Below the pieces are notes generated by a model, which was not told the DNA's origin, made no database searches, and saw only the letters and a list, made by a program, of their open reading frames with translations. From Octopus bimaculoides (Eukaryota): DNA of 64,000 nt. The position numbers and the translations under genes are program-made. The stretch covers positions 1,356,247 to 1,420,246 of the forward strand of contig NC_068992.1 of assembly GCF_001194135.2 (NCBI RefSeq), read 5' to 3'. How positions within the stretch are numbered: position 1 is the stretch's first letter; each line of letters starts with the position of its first letter. This document shows, in pieces, positions 1 through 13,242 of this stretch.

Positions 1-1062
1 ATAAAATTTGTCATGTAAGTCATTGGCAGGGAGAGAAATATATCATTTATATTCAATAATGTGAATGGTGCACGCAACGAAATTTCAGGGAAATTTTTTT
101 TTCATTTAATTGAATATAAAATTTTAGAGGCGTTCGTTAACGGCAAACTAAAAGAAGAAATAATTGAAATAAATTAAGAATTACTTGTAATAACTAATAT
201 AACTGTTACAAGAAAATTCTCATCTGTTATTCAAAGACAAATTCACCTTAGTGCATTAAACTTTATTTCACTTTTGCTTGTGAATCAATAGTGTATGCCA
301 TTGGGTTTTTATTTCCTTTCACCAGTTAAGTGAAAATTTTCAATTCATTATGTGTTTCTTACGTACACCATTCATTACATCCATATATACTTGATTTCCT
401 CAAGAAATTCCACTGCCATATTTAAGCTAATTCAATTAACTGATTTTGTTTTACGATGCAAGTTTCTGTTTACTAAAATCTATTCGTAAGCCATTTTTCT
501 CTACACATTCACCATGCAGTTTTTAGTGTCTCTGCCACTGAATTTGCATTATGACCGTAATATTTCCTTTCCTGTGAATGCCTTTTATGTTAAATCACAT
601 GTTTTTCCTTAAGCATAAGAGTTTCAATTTTAATTTTATGGATATTTCCTCTTTCTTTCTTAGCTGCGCATGAATTAACTTGGGTTCTTGTCTCATTTAA
701 AGCAACTAGGAAATCTATATGCATCCATGATACTTTTTTTTGCTAACGCCATTCCATAAGCGTCTACATAATGGATTTCTCTTAATCTTTGGCATGTACC
801 TTAAAAGAAAAGAAGAAAAAATATTTAAACACGTTGGGAAAATAAACTTCAATGGTTGCAGCTATGATATTTATATACACGCTGCAAAAGAGCTAGTTTA
901 TAGTCTTATCAAGCTTTCATTAAGTATGCACATTTTCCCTCCGCATAATCAGTTTAGCTATGTATAATTTGCATAAAAACACGGAGAGTATTTTACATAA
1001 TAGGAGATGCGATGATGATGTTTATTAATCCATTAATTTTTTATTTTATTCTTCATTCACAG

Positions 1063-1087
1063 GACATATACTACCGGATGGTCAAAG
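1063..1087 (+). other. Candidate 25-nt microexon (unvalidated)
   Basis: Long pyrimidine tract ending ...attcttcattcacAG, then 25 nt, then AAG|GTACGT donor. No homology recognised. Confidence 0.25.
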
Positions 1088-1158
1088 GTACGTTAATGAT
1101 CGCGTTATTCACCTTCAGAATATTGATTTCAAATTTTGACACAAAACCAAAGTAATTT

Positions 1159-1159
<1 letters not shown>

Positions 1160-1216
<57 letters not shown>
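1160..1216. repeat. (GA)n microsatellite
   Basis: Directly visible. Confidence 0.98.
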
Positions 1217-1217
1217 T

Positions 1218-1302
1218 ATCAACTGGTAAAGAACGCAAACCGGACGAAATGCAGCTAGCCATTTTGTCCGAGTTTCAAAATTTTTGCCAGCTCACCGCCT
1301 TT
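1218..1302 (-). mobile_element. SINE family B, 5' fragment
   Basis: Reverse complement reads aaggcggtgagctggcaaaa...cggacaaaatggctagctgcatttcgtcc, matching the heads at 43446 and 48024. Confidence 0.6.
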
Positions 1303-2478
1303 TATCCGGGTAATATCAAAATATCAATATATTGATATATATCAATATATTATCAATATATTGAAATATTAATATATGCATCCTATAAACCGTATATAAA
1401 TTCGCGATTACTATTTTTTGTATTCAATATATGTAAATGTCTCTTCATCAATACATACATACATGCATGCTTATTGAAGCATACATATATTTTTGTGTGT
1501 GCACCCACAAACGCACACGTGCATATTTACAATGAGAGATGGGTAAGATTTAAAAATATAGCAAAATTGTTTGGGAAGTTGAGAGAAAATAAACAAGTAC
1601 ACATTAAACATGTGATGCATTACTTTTAGGTATGTGGAAAACATTCATTTTATATTTTCTAATGTAAATAAATTAGTATTGTAGGGAATTAAATTTATGT
1701 CTTAATTTCACTAAAAAAGAAAATGAAATATCATTACAATATTTTGTAATCAAGTCTTGGCGCCATATTTATTGTGATGTATTAGAATACAATTATGTTT
1801 ATCTTGAAATATCAAATAAACTATTTGTGACCCATATAAAACACGCTTTGAAGAATAATTTTAGCTTTCTTTTTCCAATATAAATTTTACAATACGATCG
1901 TGTTTTTATGTCTGATATAACTATCGCACATTTCGTCATTAAAACTACTAAATCCGCGTGCAGGTGTACTGAGTGTGATAACTTACAATATGTTACCAAA
2001 TAAATTATACTTTAGTACTGACCATGAGCCGTTATGTAATTGATAACATTTCACACATTTTAAGTTTCACGATACTTACCAATTCATATGATGTAAGATG
2101 TTGAGCCTATTAGAGACAGTTTGATAAATTTATACTTTTCTATTACATTTACTTGCATATAGATACACAATTTAATTTTCTACGGAATTCTATATATACA
2201 CGTGTTGAGAAAAATATCCTCATTCATTTTCTGTTATTTGAACTTATTCAATTTTCTATATCTTATTGTATATGTATATCACGGTTTTTTTCCAGGAGAA
2301 TTGGTGCATGCAATATAAATAACTTTTTTTTTCCAAAGTAAAATAAAATAAATAAAAGAATTCGCGAGCGCGGGCAGGTTGTGAGGACAACTTAGAAGAT
2401 TGGGTAAACACACTTATCAGAACGGAAAATAGCGCCCAGCAAGCCTTTACAAGGAACCGAAAGGATTAATTAAAATGC

Positions 2479-2536
<58 letters not shown>

Positions 2537-3615
2537 ATATATATTCATTTAATGCAGGGAACATAGAGCATCGTACAAGCACGCAATTATTATGAAATAT
2601 CCAATGTAGCACTAGATACGTAGCTCTTCGAAAAGGTTGGCAAACTAATATTAAAGCCACAGCGTGAGAATTAATCACAAGTTGACAGCAAATAATAGCA
2701 AGCAAATGAAATGTTATACATAGGTCGAGAGAAATGAGGAACATCGCAAAAGTATACACTTGGCCATTCAGATGTTCTTATTTCCGAAGCTTTATTAAGA
2801 AAAAAGGTAAAAATATTTATTGATCACACGACATGGTAAACTTTCTATTATGATCGTTATTCATTGACATAAAAGATAATGTATATCTCAGATCGTCTTT
2901 AGTAGAACTTATCTCCTATTTGAAATGAAAGCACTACACCCGAAATTAAATAGTTGTAACAGGTCTCTTTATTTAACTTATTAAGGCAAAATTAATGAAG
3001 ACTCTCACAAACTAATTGCTTGTTCAACTTCTTTATCATTACACTTGAAATTGGCCGAGCGAACGAAAACAAATTAAGCTTAGCACTTACGGATTACGCA
3101 TTAACTGAAAGGCTTATAAATAAAATGTAGGTTAAGGCACTCACATATATCACTAATGTCGTGACTACGGGGTACGCAATGCTGGCGCGTTGATATATAT
3201 ATAAGTACATACATAAATATACATATACATATACACAAAAGTACTCATAACTATATAAAAAAAAACAACAACAACAACACATATATATACACTTAAACCT
3301 ATATAAATACATACGTAAACATATATACATACATACTAACGCATATAGACTAATACACACACACTCATATATATACATATACATGCATATACACATACCC
3401 ATATAAACAAAATAAATAAAAAATCATTAGCTAAAGTTTTTATATAAATAAAGTAGTTTATGTCTACATTTTATTTTTCGTTCATCAAAAGAATTAAGTA
3501 AATTATTATCCTTATGAAATAATATCTCTTTAAATTCATTATTACATAAATTACAAAATTTATTACCTATATGATATGATTTAGCTTTACAAACTATCTC
3601 CCATTTTAAAATATA

Positions 3616-4229
3616 NNNNNNNNNNNNNNNNNNNNNNNNNNNNNNNNNNNNNNNNNNNNNNNNNNNNNNNNNNNNNNNNNNNNNNNNNNNNNNNNNNNNN
3701 NNNNNNNNNNNNNNNNNNNNNNNNNNNNNNNNNNNNNNNNNNNNNNNNNNNNNNNNNNNNNNNNNNNNNNNNNNNNNNNNNNNNNNNNNNNNNNNNNNNN
3801 NNNNNNNNNNNNNNNNNNNNNNNNNNNNNNNNNNNNNNNNNNNNNNNNNNNNNNNNNNNNNNNNNNNNNNNNNNNNNNNNNNNNNNNNNNNNNNNNNNNN
3901 NNNNNNNNNNNNNNNNNNNNNNNNNNNNNNNNNNNNNNNNNNNNNNNNNNNNNNNNNNNNNNNNNNNNNNNNNNNNNNNNNNNNNNNNNNNNNNNNNNNN
4001 NNNNNNNNNNNNNNNNNNNNNNNNNNNNNNNNNNNNNNNNNNNNNNNNNNNNNNNNNNNNNNNNNNNNNNNNNNNNNNNNNNNNNNNNNNNNNNNNNNNN
4101 NNNNNNNNNNNNNNNNNNNNNNNNNNNNNNNNNNNNNNNNNNNNNNNNNNNNNNNNNNNNNNNNNNNNNNNNNNNNNNNNNNNNNNNNNNNNNNNNNNNN
4201 NNNNNNNNNNNNNNNNNNNNNNNNNNNNN
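3616..4229. other. Assembly gap (N run)
   Basis: Run of N. Confidence 1.
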
Positions 4230-4343
4230 GATATTTACTTTACTTTATATTATACTCATTTATTGTGCTTTTAATTATTAATTTTTCTATATGTGATAGT
4301 GGATTTCATCGATGAGTTCTTGAAAATTAGTTATTTTCCCTAA

Positions 4344-4389
<46 letters not shown>

Positions 4390-5899
4390 AGATAGAAAGA
4401 GAGAGAGAGAGTGAGAGAGAGACATAGACACAGAGTGAAACAGAAACGAAGACAGACAATACACAAACAGACATATAGATAGATAGATAGATAGATAGAG
4501 ACAGAGTTGTGTGTACATTATACGGAAAGTTTATTTCTTATATTTACTCATAACGTCTATATGCACAAATTGATGCATGTGCATATTTACTGATATATAA
4601 AATAAGTTTTGTTATGAAACTAAGTTACCCATTCAAATTATAAGATATTATATTTGCCACTGCCTATAATAAATGCCATATAATAACATATTGAACTCAT
4701 ATTCTTGTAATTACACCTCCCTTTTCAAATGCAAAGTACATGTCACATACTGTAACGAAATATAAATTTGGCCGTGGGATAAAAGCAGGTTCGTACAGAG
4801 TGAATACAAGTGTAATGTTTCATATCCAGACGTTTGCTTTGGCACGAACGTGAATTATCTCCCCTACATGAAAAGGGAATATTTCCTTGAGTAGCCTTAA
4901 AAGACAACACAACGTAAAACAGGGGATATTACAACTGTCGAACATAATAAAACAATGTTTTCACATGAAACTTAGGTGTACCTATACGAAAGTCAGTATT
5001 TTTTACATATCAAATTAGAAATAGCTTAGTCTTTTTTTTATCCACATCAGCACAAAATGACAAAAAAGATTGGTATAGTACCAACAAAAATTGCACTGTA
5101 TAAAAAACGCATAATTTAATTTGTTTGTGTGGTGGTAGTAGATTTTTCAGAAATTTCCTCGTATCTAGGTTCTAATTTGCATACAGCCTGCAATTATAAT
5201 TTATTTATTTATTTATTTTGTGGCAGGCGTGAGTTGTTGTGGTATATCATTTAAAAATATAATTAGAAAATTTCATAAGAATAATAAATAAGAAAGAAAT
5301 ATATTTTGGAGCAAACCATCTTATTTCGCATAGTTCCAAAAGACGAATTTATGTTACGTGTCACCGTATGCAAGTCTAAACGTTATTCCCTTACGATTTA
5401 GAAGACGAACTTTACAACGAAATCATTATTTTACAAAGTATATTATGATTCATAGATGTTGATTATGTAAACAGAATGACAACTACCTGCAGGTTCGTTA
5501 TAAGCTCTACAATTTTGTATGCAGCTGAAGAAATTGCCTCTTACAGTATTGTAGGGGAATTAAGTATGCTTACATTGCGATGCTTTTCCATGGTACTTTC
5601 CCACTTAGTCATTCTTTATATTTGTCGTGTTTTACTATTTGCTATGTAACAAAATCTATAATACTGATGTTCAATAATATGTTCTAATTCATTGAATATA
5701 TTTCCTGAATATGACTAACTTTATTCCTTGTTTCTGCTCTGCTAAAAGAGCAAGCGTAATGAATAGTCACGCCAAAACAGTTCAAGACATGTGAAGCTAA
5801 ACTTGTTATCAAGTTTGTCATTGTTCTATTTTCAATTCTATGTAATCATGCACGATTATATAAACAGAATTAGATGCACCAATAATACCTCATCTCTGC

Positions 5900-6560
5900 G
5901 TTTTCGGACTAAATTATGGATGACTCGCAATCAAAGACTGTGCTCAAGAAGCAAAGAAATCTTCGCTTTTTGATAACGAAAATAATATAGATCATGTGAT
6001 ATGAATATTTTTTTTCAGATCATTGTGGCGAATAAAAGGAAACATTTCTGAAACAAAAGTTTGATTTTGCCGAGGAAGAGTAAAGAACAGTCACTAAAAG
6101 TGAAAATACAAGAATATCTGCAACAAGGAATATGATTTAGAGTTTATACTTATGTCTGGAAGACTAACTGACCCGCGTGCACAACGGCAGAGAATACTAG
6201 GCAAACGTTTGTATGTTATCAACCACCAGCAATTGAGAAAGATTACTCGGCAGACGTTATCACAGCAATGAGCTTCGGCGCAAATATTTCTGTAAAGAAA
6301 CCTTGTGCAGCATAGTATGAGATATTTAGAATTTTATATGGACAACAGCATGAACTACAACAACCATTATTAAATCTAGGTGAAATATTCTTCTCAGTGC
6401 GATCATGATTTTATGCAGGTTATAACATATATCAAAAACTCCCTATTTTCAATTAAACTTGTCAACTACTTGGAACAGAAACATTCTTCTCTGGAGATTA
6501 GTAACAGCCGCCTAGACACTGACAAACAAGAACTCAAGAAGAACGACTCCGCGCTTTGAC
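5900..6560 (+). mobile_element. Possible highly decayed Sola-like DDD transposase remnant
   Basis: Interrupted frames give VYTYVWK and later QCDHDF, resembling Sola1 Y-x-Y-x-W-x-E and GHS..CDRDF motifs in the right order. Many stops and frameshifts. Confidence 0.25.
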
Positions 6561-7214
6561 ATTACGAAAAAATGTAAAGTAGACGGTTATTTTTCGTATA
6601 TTATCATACTAGCTAAGTGCACAAACATGGCGAGCCTGTTGCAACTGTATCTGTAGCTCAGTAGAGCACACCTAAAGATAAATAAAGAGTATGCGATTAT
6701 AATATAAAGTTTTAATTCATATCAAAATATAAACACGCTGAAAACATAAATCGTTCATACAGAAAGTTATTCGCAGTACTGCCAAATTGAAATCCAGTAT
6801 GTGGCAGTTAGTGTAATTGTTGAGGATGTTCATATATATGAGAGATTAATAGGTTTATTTTCAGTTGGCTATAATCTCGTATCTGCAAAACGATATAAAC
6901 AGAAGACGTTCGTGTAGTAATTTCTGTTTGGTGAATAAAATAACGCCAGGTTGTATTGCACACAAGTGACATTTTTCCATCTTACTAGATGTTAACGAAT
7001 AATAGATGTTCCAAAATATTTGTGTTGATTCTAAATTCAGGGAAACAGGATATAGAGATAAATATAAGCTTACATTTAGATTCTCACCATCTAGTTTTGG
7101 TCGAATACTGGACATAGTAAAGTTGCATGCACAAATTCCATGGTTACGATGTAGTGATTTCAGTATTGTGAGGAGAAATATGCTTACATAAATAATCGTG
7201 TATATGTATGTACG

Positions 7215-7215
<1 letters not shown>

Positions 7216-7277
<62 letters not shown>

Positions 7278-7316
7278 ATACTATATGTATCTGAGTGTAT
7301 GAACGCGCGTTAGTGT

Positions 7317-7350
<34 letters not shown>
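7216..7350. repeat. (TCTA)n and (TA)n microsatellites
   Basis: Directly visible. Confidence 0.95.
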
Positions 7351-7362
<12 letters not shown>

Positions 7363-7560
7363 ATCCGACATTCTAGCCCGACGTCCACAGCGTCCGATAT
7401 AGAGCAAGACTAATGCGACTATGTCATGTTACACACACACACACACAAATATATACAAATATGGATCAAAACAGTTTGATTCAAATTCATTAATACTCTT
7501 GTGTTTCAACGGTTTGCATCGCATCTAACATCGCACATATCAACAGACGTAAAAATACAC

Positions 7561-7690
7561 CCACCGCAACCTGCAACGTTCGAAACCCCACCAGATGCCC
7601 TCTAGATGGATCTTTTCAAGGTGCGGGTTATACAGAGCAACACTTACACCATCCGATGACATTACAAGACACCATACATGTAACTCCAAA
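7561..7690 (+). mobile_element. Penelope-like element fragment (start of GIY-YIG endonuclease region)
   Basis: TCNVRNPTRCPLDG then, after a frameshift, RATLTPSDD. Resembles the Penelope CNCR...CPLDGxC..VIYxATV motif. Confidence 0.5.
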
Positions 7691-7869
7691 TAAATCTGTT
7701 GAGTGCACTTCTGTTTGTTCACTCACTCGGATAGATATATATGTCACACTGCCCTTCTATTTAGAAATAGGTTCTTATGGGAACTCTTCCGGTAGTTATT
7801 AGCCATCTTCCTTCTTTCTACACTTACGAATCTTGTCAACCTGGAGGTGTGGAACAAACCGTACCTCTG

Positions 7870-9100
7870 GCAATTTAACATGTCTCTCTTCGAAAACTAA
7901 GACAATGTCTAGCAGTATTGATCTCCCTAACCGTGCGCCAAACTGAAGGCCTACCGGCTTTCATTGTATAATTTTGGCTTTTATCACGTCTTTGTAGTCC
8001 TTCATAACAGTATTGATAACATCGATGTGTTTCGTTTCTGGAAATATGACGATGACATCGTGCACATATACTGGAACAAGTCCCGCGCATCGTAATAAAC
8101 ACGCGATGCACGTCGATCGCTTGAGTATGAGCAGCAATAATAAGCAGGCATTGGCGAACTGACTGCCTGATGCAGAATGTTTTCTGTACATGGCGACAGA
8201 AACAAGACAAGCTCAAAGTGGAATATTCAGGACCCTATCCAAGCTGCTCCTCTTAGTTCACTATGCGTATCACAATCTTGGGTCCTATGTATAAACTACT
8301 CGATTATGATAGCACTATGCTATGCTTCTCAGCTGACCTAACAAGACATTCATCATGATACGTATTAGATGGGCCGCTGCAGTTTATCTAAAAGAATGTT
8401 GGTGCATTCGGGAAATCCTGTAAATAATTTTCAGCCAGAAAAAAATACCGTAGCGCGTTTCGGAACTTTTTACATCCCACCCAACAATAATCATCTCCAA
8501 ATCAGGCTCTAACTGCTTTATGATGCCATTCCAGTTGCCCATTAACTATACTGACTAATCGAAACGTAAAACCACAGAGATCAGCGGATAAACGATTATT
8601 AGCGTGGAAGATGTGGCTTTGCTGATGTTCACGTTCCGGACAAACAAATTACCATCTAAGGCTACGAAAATGATATCTCGGTATCCAGATATTTGCAAAT
8701 CGGTACTGCTATCCTGATAGAATCAGTTGCATAGAAAGATGTGTTCATCTCTACGTAATTTTCTACTGTAAGCGATAGAGCTGAAAATCGGAGTCCATTT
8801 GAAGAATGCTGTGCATATATCTAATAATTTGAAGTTGATATGCAAATGACACTATTTCCAGCCACTTGGTTGCGCGTAATTTATATTGCATAATCACACT
8901 ACGACCGTGTTTATCGGAGAAGAAAAGAGAAATTTCGGTATATATCTTTAATCTGAGTTGACAAGATAAATCTTTTTTTTTTTTAGTTTTATTCCAAAGA
9001 TCTTATTCAGCAGAGAATGGTGGTGGATAGAACTCGCACTTCGAAATTCCGACATCTCTTGGGAACACATCCAGTAAAATTTTATGACTCCCTATTAGGA
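7870..9100 (-). mobile_element. Decayed non-LTR retrotransposon RT region, clade unassigned
   Basis: Minus-strand pieces in RT order: GCVPK..VLSTTIL (GVPQG..VLSPTLF-like), NGLRFS, CKYLDTEI (KYLG-like), and C-terminal GRPSVWRTVRE. Many stops. Confidence 0.4.
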
Positions 9101-9317
9101 TCTTCAAAAGAAGTCTTTCGGGTGTCTGTTATTGCGAAGAATGCTTTGATGCTCCCCATTTTAATTGTATATCGTATTTCGTTTAATTTCTAAGTTTTCA
9201 TATTCTCCACGTTTTTCATTCCCTCTTCGTCCCTATCTCAGTGTGTATTTTACTGTATTTTCGGAGACGTTTTCTAACATACTTTTTCTTTGGTATATAT
9301 CCTAAACGTATCTCATT

Positions 9318-9354
<37 letters not shown>

Positions 9355-10556
9355 GTCTTTTTTATCTCCTCCGATGACCACTATCACCATCCAGCATATG
9401 ATTATTTCTGATGGCATTTCTGTTGACATTTACTGGTTCAGGTATGTTGGAAAATGAAGGAAAGTTTCGTTCTTTATCGAGGAAAATGTCCCCTCTCCTT
9501 ATACGCGTCTCATGGAATTGATCCCTTTCCAAACACTGACACCCACACAGATCTGTTTACCCTTGGTAACATGAACGTGTTATTACCTGATGATCTGAAA
9601 CCTAAGTAACTCTCAGCACACCCTTCCATTTAATATATCAATCACCTGCTTTGTTTAAAACGAGCCATTTCTTGTAAATGCCAAACTTTTAAAAATTCGA
9701 TTAACTTTATGTTTCTGGTATTAATTTAATGAAGATATTTGTGGTGGTTATGGTGGGCGGTGGTGTTGGTGGTAGTGGAAGCTGTTCTGATAGAGGAGAT
9801 GGTGGTACCAGCGGTGGCACTGGATGTATTAGGAATGGCAGTGGTCTTTGAATGGTGGTAACGATAGCGGATAACGTTTTTGTTCTGGTGCTTATAGTAG
9901 TGCTGCTCGGCAAAGGGGTGTTTTTTTAGGTATACAGCGTTAACAGTCGTGGTCGCCATTGTGGCATCGTCTGCTACCGTCTCTGCGGAAATTAACGATA
10001 TCATAAACGTACTATGATCAGATAAAATAACAACAGATCAAACAGAGCAAACTCTGTAAGGTCGCTGAAGATAATTAGAAACAGAATTGTCTCTTGTACT
10101 TGAAAGAAAACTAATACATAATACTAGTCGTCTATGCTTTCTTTTCGTTCTCCCAACATACTTTATTTTCATACAACCTATATGTGCTCCATGCATAAAA
10201 CATGATAACACACATGTATCTATTGTTTTTCGCAGAACTGTCCAATTTTTAAAGAAACATTGTCTTTTTCTACATAAAATTTACATTTTTTAATAAATTC
10301 TTTGTTGATCTTTTCTTTCCTACTCCATCAAACAGGCGGCAGCCATACTTCATTGATGAAGCGAGAAAAAAAAAAGAAGAATATCTAGAAGCATACCTCC
10401 CACCATAAACTTCCAGAGAAATAGAAAATCGTATTGTTCATTTCGTCAATCTGTTTAATGTAGTTTCATTTTTTAACCGTACATATATTGCATATATTGT
10501 CAATCTTTAAATTAATGTTAATTTCTTTAATCCTGAAAAATCGAAGTAAAAATGTC

Positions 10557-10622
<66 letters not shown>
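10557..10622. repeat. (ATT)n tract (tail/target of adjacent LINE)
   Basis: Directly visible; abuts the 3' end of the minus-strand element. Confidence 0.97.
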
Positions 10623-10624
<2 letters not shown>

Positions 10625-11354
10625 TTATTGCCTTTGCGCAGCTTCTAACGCTGGAGATGTATTACAGTGTCAGCTGTTCACTACCAGTGAACTAAAGTAA
10701 CACCTCTTATTTTTTGAGCACCTTCAGGAGCATTCGAGTAGTTCCAAGCAGTGCTGTTTTCTGCAAGTCCTCCACCCTTATTGCAGCCCCTATTTGTTTC
10801 ACGCATTTTTCGAGATTTTTGCTCACTGTTCCCAGGGCTCTGACAATTATTGGTACTACTGCTAACTTTTCCATCGACCACAACTGCTTAACTTCCCAAG
10901 CTAACCTGTCATATCTCTCGACTTTTCTGTCTTCCTTATCGCAAACCTTGTCAGCTGGGCATGATATATCTATGATCCAGCATAGTTTGTTTTCTTTCTC
11001 AATTAAGACAATGTCCGGCTTCCTATTCTCTATCTCATGGTCGCACTGAATCATGGTATCCCATAGGATCTTTGCATTTCCATTTTCGGCGATGCCTTCA
11101 GAATTCTTCTTTTTCTTGGTACATACAGTCTGCCTGTGTTACTTTTTGGGTGGAATATCACTTATATCGTCAGCAACTTCCTGATCTTCCTCTCTAAGCT
11201 GTTTAGTTCGTTAACTGTCCATGCGATTACCTCTGCTTCATATCTAAAGAGTGAAACTGCCCAGGTGTTGATAGCTTTAATCTTATTCCGTCTGTTTAAT
11301 TTCGACTTCAAAGTCAGACTCAGTCTGCGCAATTACTCCACCTTACTATCTACA
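10623..11354 (-). mobile_element. 5'-truncated, internally deleted R4/Dong-type non-LTR retrotransposon
   Basis: Post-RT peptide KSKLNRRNKIKAINTWAVSLFRY...RKIRKLLT...RLYVPRK is joined to EGIAENGNAKILWDTMIQCDHEIENRKPDIV (restriction-like endonuclease). Short 3' UTR; (TAA)n on both sides. Confidence 0.9.
10707..11054 (-). pseudogene. Restriction-like endonuclease (PD-D/ExK) domain of the LINE, open 115-aa remnant
   Basis: RKPDIVLIEK..IIDISCPAD...KVERYDRL..VPIIVRALGTV..LQKTALLGT is the C-terminal RLE signature of R2/R4-group elements. Confidence 0.85.
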
Positions 11355-11370
11355 ATTATTATTATTATTA

Positions 11371-11422
<52 letters not shown>
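11355..11422. repeat. (ATT)n tract
   Basis: Directly visible at the 5' side of the LINE fragment. Confidence 0.97.
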
Positions 11423-11425
<3 letters not shown>

Positions 11426-13100
11426 ATGATGTAAATAAATCATCCACGAAAAGTTACGAAATATATTTGGAAGCATAAGAACTGAGCTCGTTTTCTCTAC
11501 ATGCTGCTCGTCCTCTCCTTAGAAAATAATAATTCAAAGAAAATATGGTAATTTCATAAAGAGACACATCAGCACTTTGCATATAATAATATGATATATG
11601 TCTCTATGACGCAAATTGTTTATGTATACAGTCATTCTGAATGAGAGTAATATTCTTTTGTAGAATCTAGCTGAATGGTAAAAGCATCACACATTAATTA
11701 ATGACGTTCAAAATATTGTAGAAGTTAGGAAATGTATCGATCCTTTGATTTGGGAACGCTACGATTTATACTATGTGTATGAGTTAATATAAAGACAGCG
11801 TCATACTACAAACCAATGCAATAGACTCATGTAGTCATTGACCTATTAAAACTAGGTTTCAATTTTCTCTGACAACACGTTCTCTTCAGGTATTTGTTTT
11901 TAAAGCAAACAAAATCTAGATATTGTTGTACTAGTTACCGTCCGGGTGGAAACACGATGGGGTATAAACGACGGCAATAATGATAGAATATCAACAGACA
12001 CAACCACTTTCAAACAAAAGGAATACAATATTGTTAAATTTCTTAGAACATTCTCACACAAATTGGCTTCCAAGATTTACTCAACTTATCGGGAAAAAGA
12101 ATTATTCGTAAATTTCTCAAACTGTAAAATATGTATTTAGCGCTATTTCTTTGGGATAACTTTATTTGCGCTCTGTAAGTTTGTTGTATCTCTTCATCTT
12201 GTTTAGTCACTTCGTTTCTAGGTCATGTATATTCTTCTCTCCTAGTTTGACAGATGTATAATGTGCCATTTAATTACATTATTTACACTTGTATTTTGTT
12301 TGCAGAGATTCTTGTCTTACCCTATTCTTTCTTCATTGTTCTATTTTCATTTATTTTTTTTATCCTACTTTAAATTCATACAGAGAGAATAACGAATAGA
12401 AATTTGAGATATGACCCTGACGATTTAGTGTATTTTTCTATTTACGGCAAAGACGACTAATTAACAAATTCAGTGTAAAGATAATCTTCTCGATAACAAT
12501 TATTTGTGCTCCGAGATTTCTGCTATCAATGCTATCGTCATTATTTTGTAAATATAATTTTCCTGCTTGTAAAGTTTCTTTGTAGATGATAAAAGATTCT
12601 TTACATTCGTTAGTACCCCAAATAAATCTATTTCTTTTCTTTGAATAACTCACTTAATTACATCGATATTCATAAAAACTAGACCAACAAACAAAAAAGT
12701 TCAAAATGTTCACTTCTTCAACATCAAACTTGATGAAACTAAAGACTTTAAACGTTTTGCTTGTTTCTTTTGACTGAATGAAATGCACGAAGAATACGTG
12801 AATGATAGTTACTTTTGTTTAAGTGAGTCAAATAATCTCGTGATTATCGAAAATGTGTGACAATTTATAGCGGTTTGTAACCTTCATATGGTCGATAATG
12901 GAGAGGATTGTCGAAAAAGAGGAAATGAGTTATTAAATGAAATGTTAACAATCAGGTAGAATGAAAGCTTAAAAAGAAAATGGAAGAAAAAAAGACCTCA
13001 TTTTGCAGGATCAAAGTTATAGCTAGAGCAAAAGCTAAAAACAAGAAGAAAACATACCGTCAGTGAGAACAACAAAATTATTAAAATAATAATGATAAGG

Positions 13101-13134
<34 letters not shown>

Positions 13135-13203
13135 CGTTGGAGTCAACTAGTTCAAATACAAAACAAAAGCCAAACATATAATAGTAATAATAATAATAAT
13201 AAC

Positions 13204-13242
<39 letters not shown>

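Noticed and set aside
6652-6670. tRNA D-arm-like gtagctcagtagagcac
   Set aside because: No anticodon arm, T arm or acceptor stem.
9707-10004. Thr/Pro/His-rich minus-strand ORFs
   Set aside because: Decayed TGG/TAG-type trinucleotide sequence with no domain or splice support.
10065-10091. CTGAAGA-taatta-GAAACAGAATTGTC hammerhead-like string
   Set aside because: No stem I pairing and a negligible stem II; likely chance.
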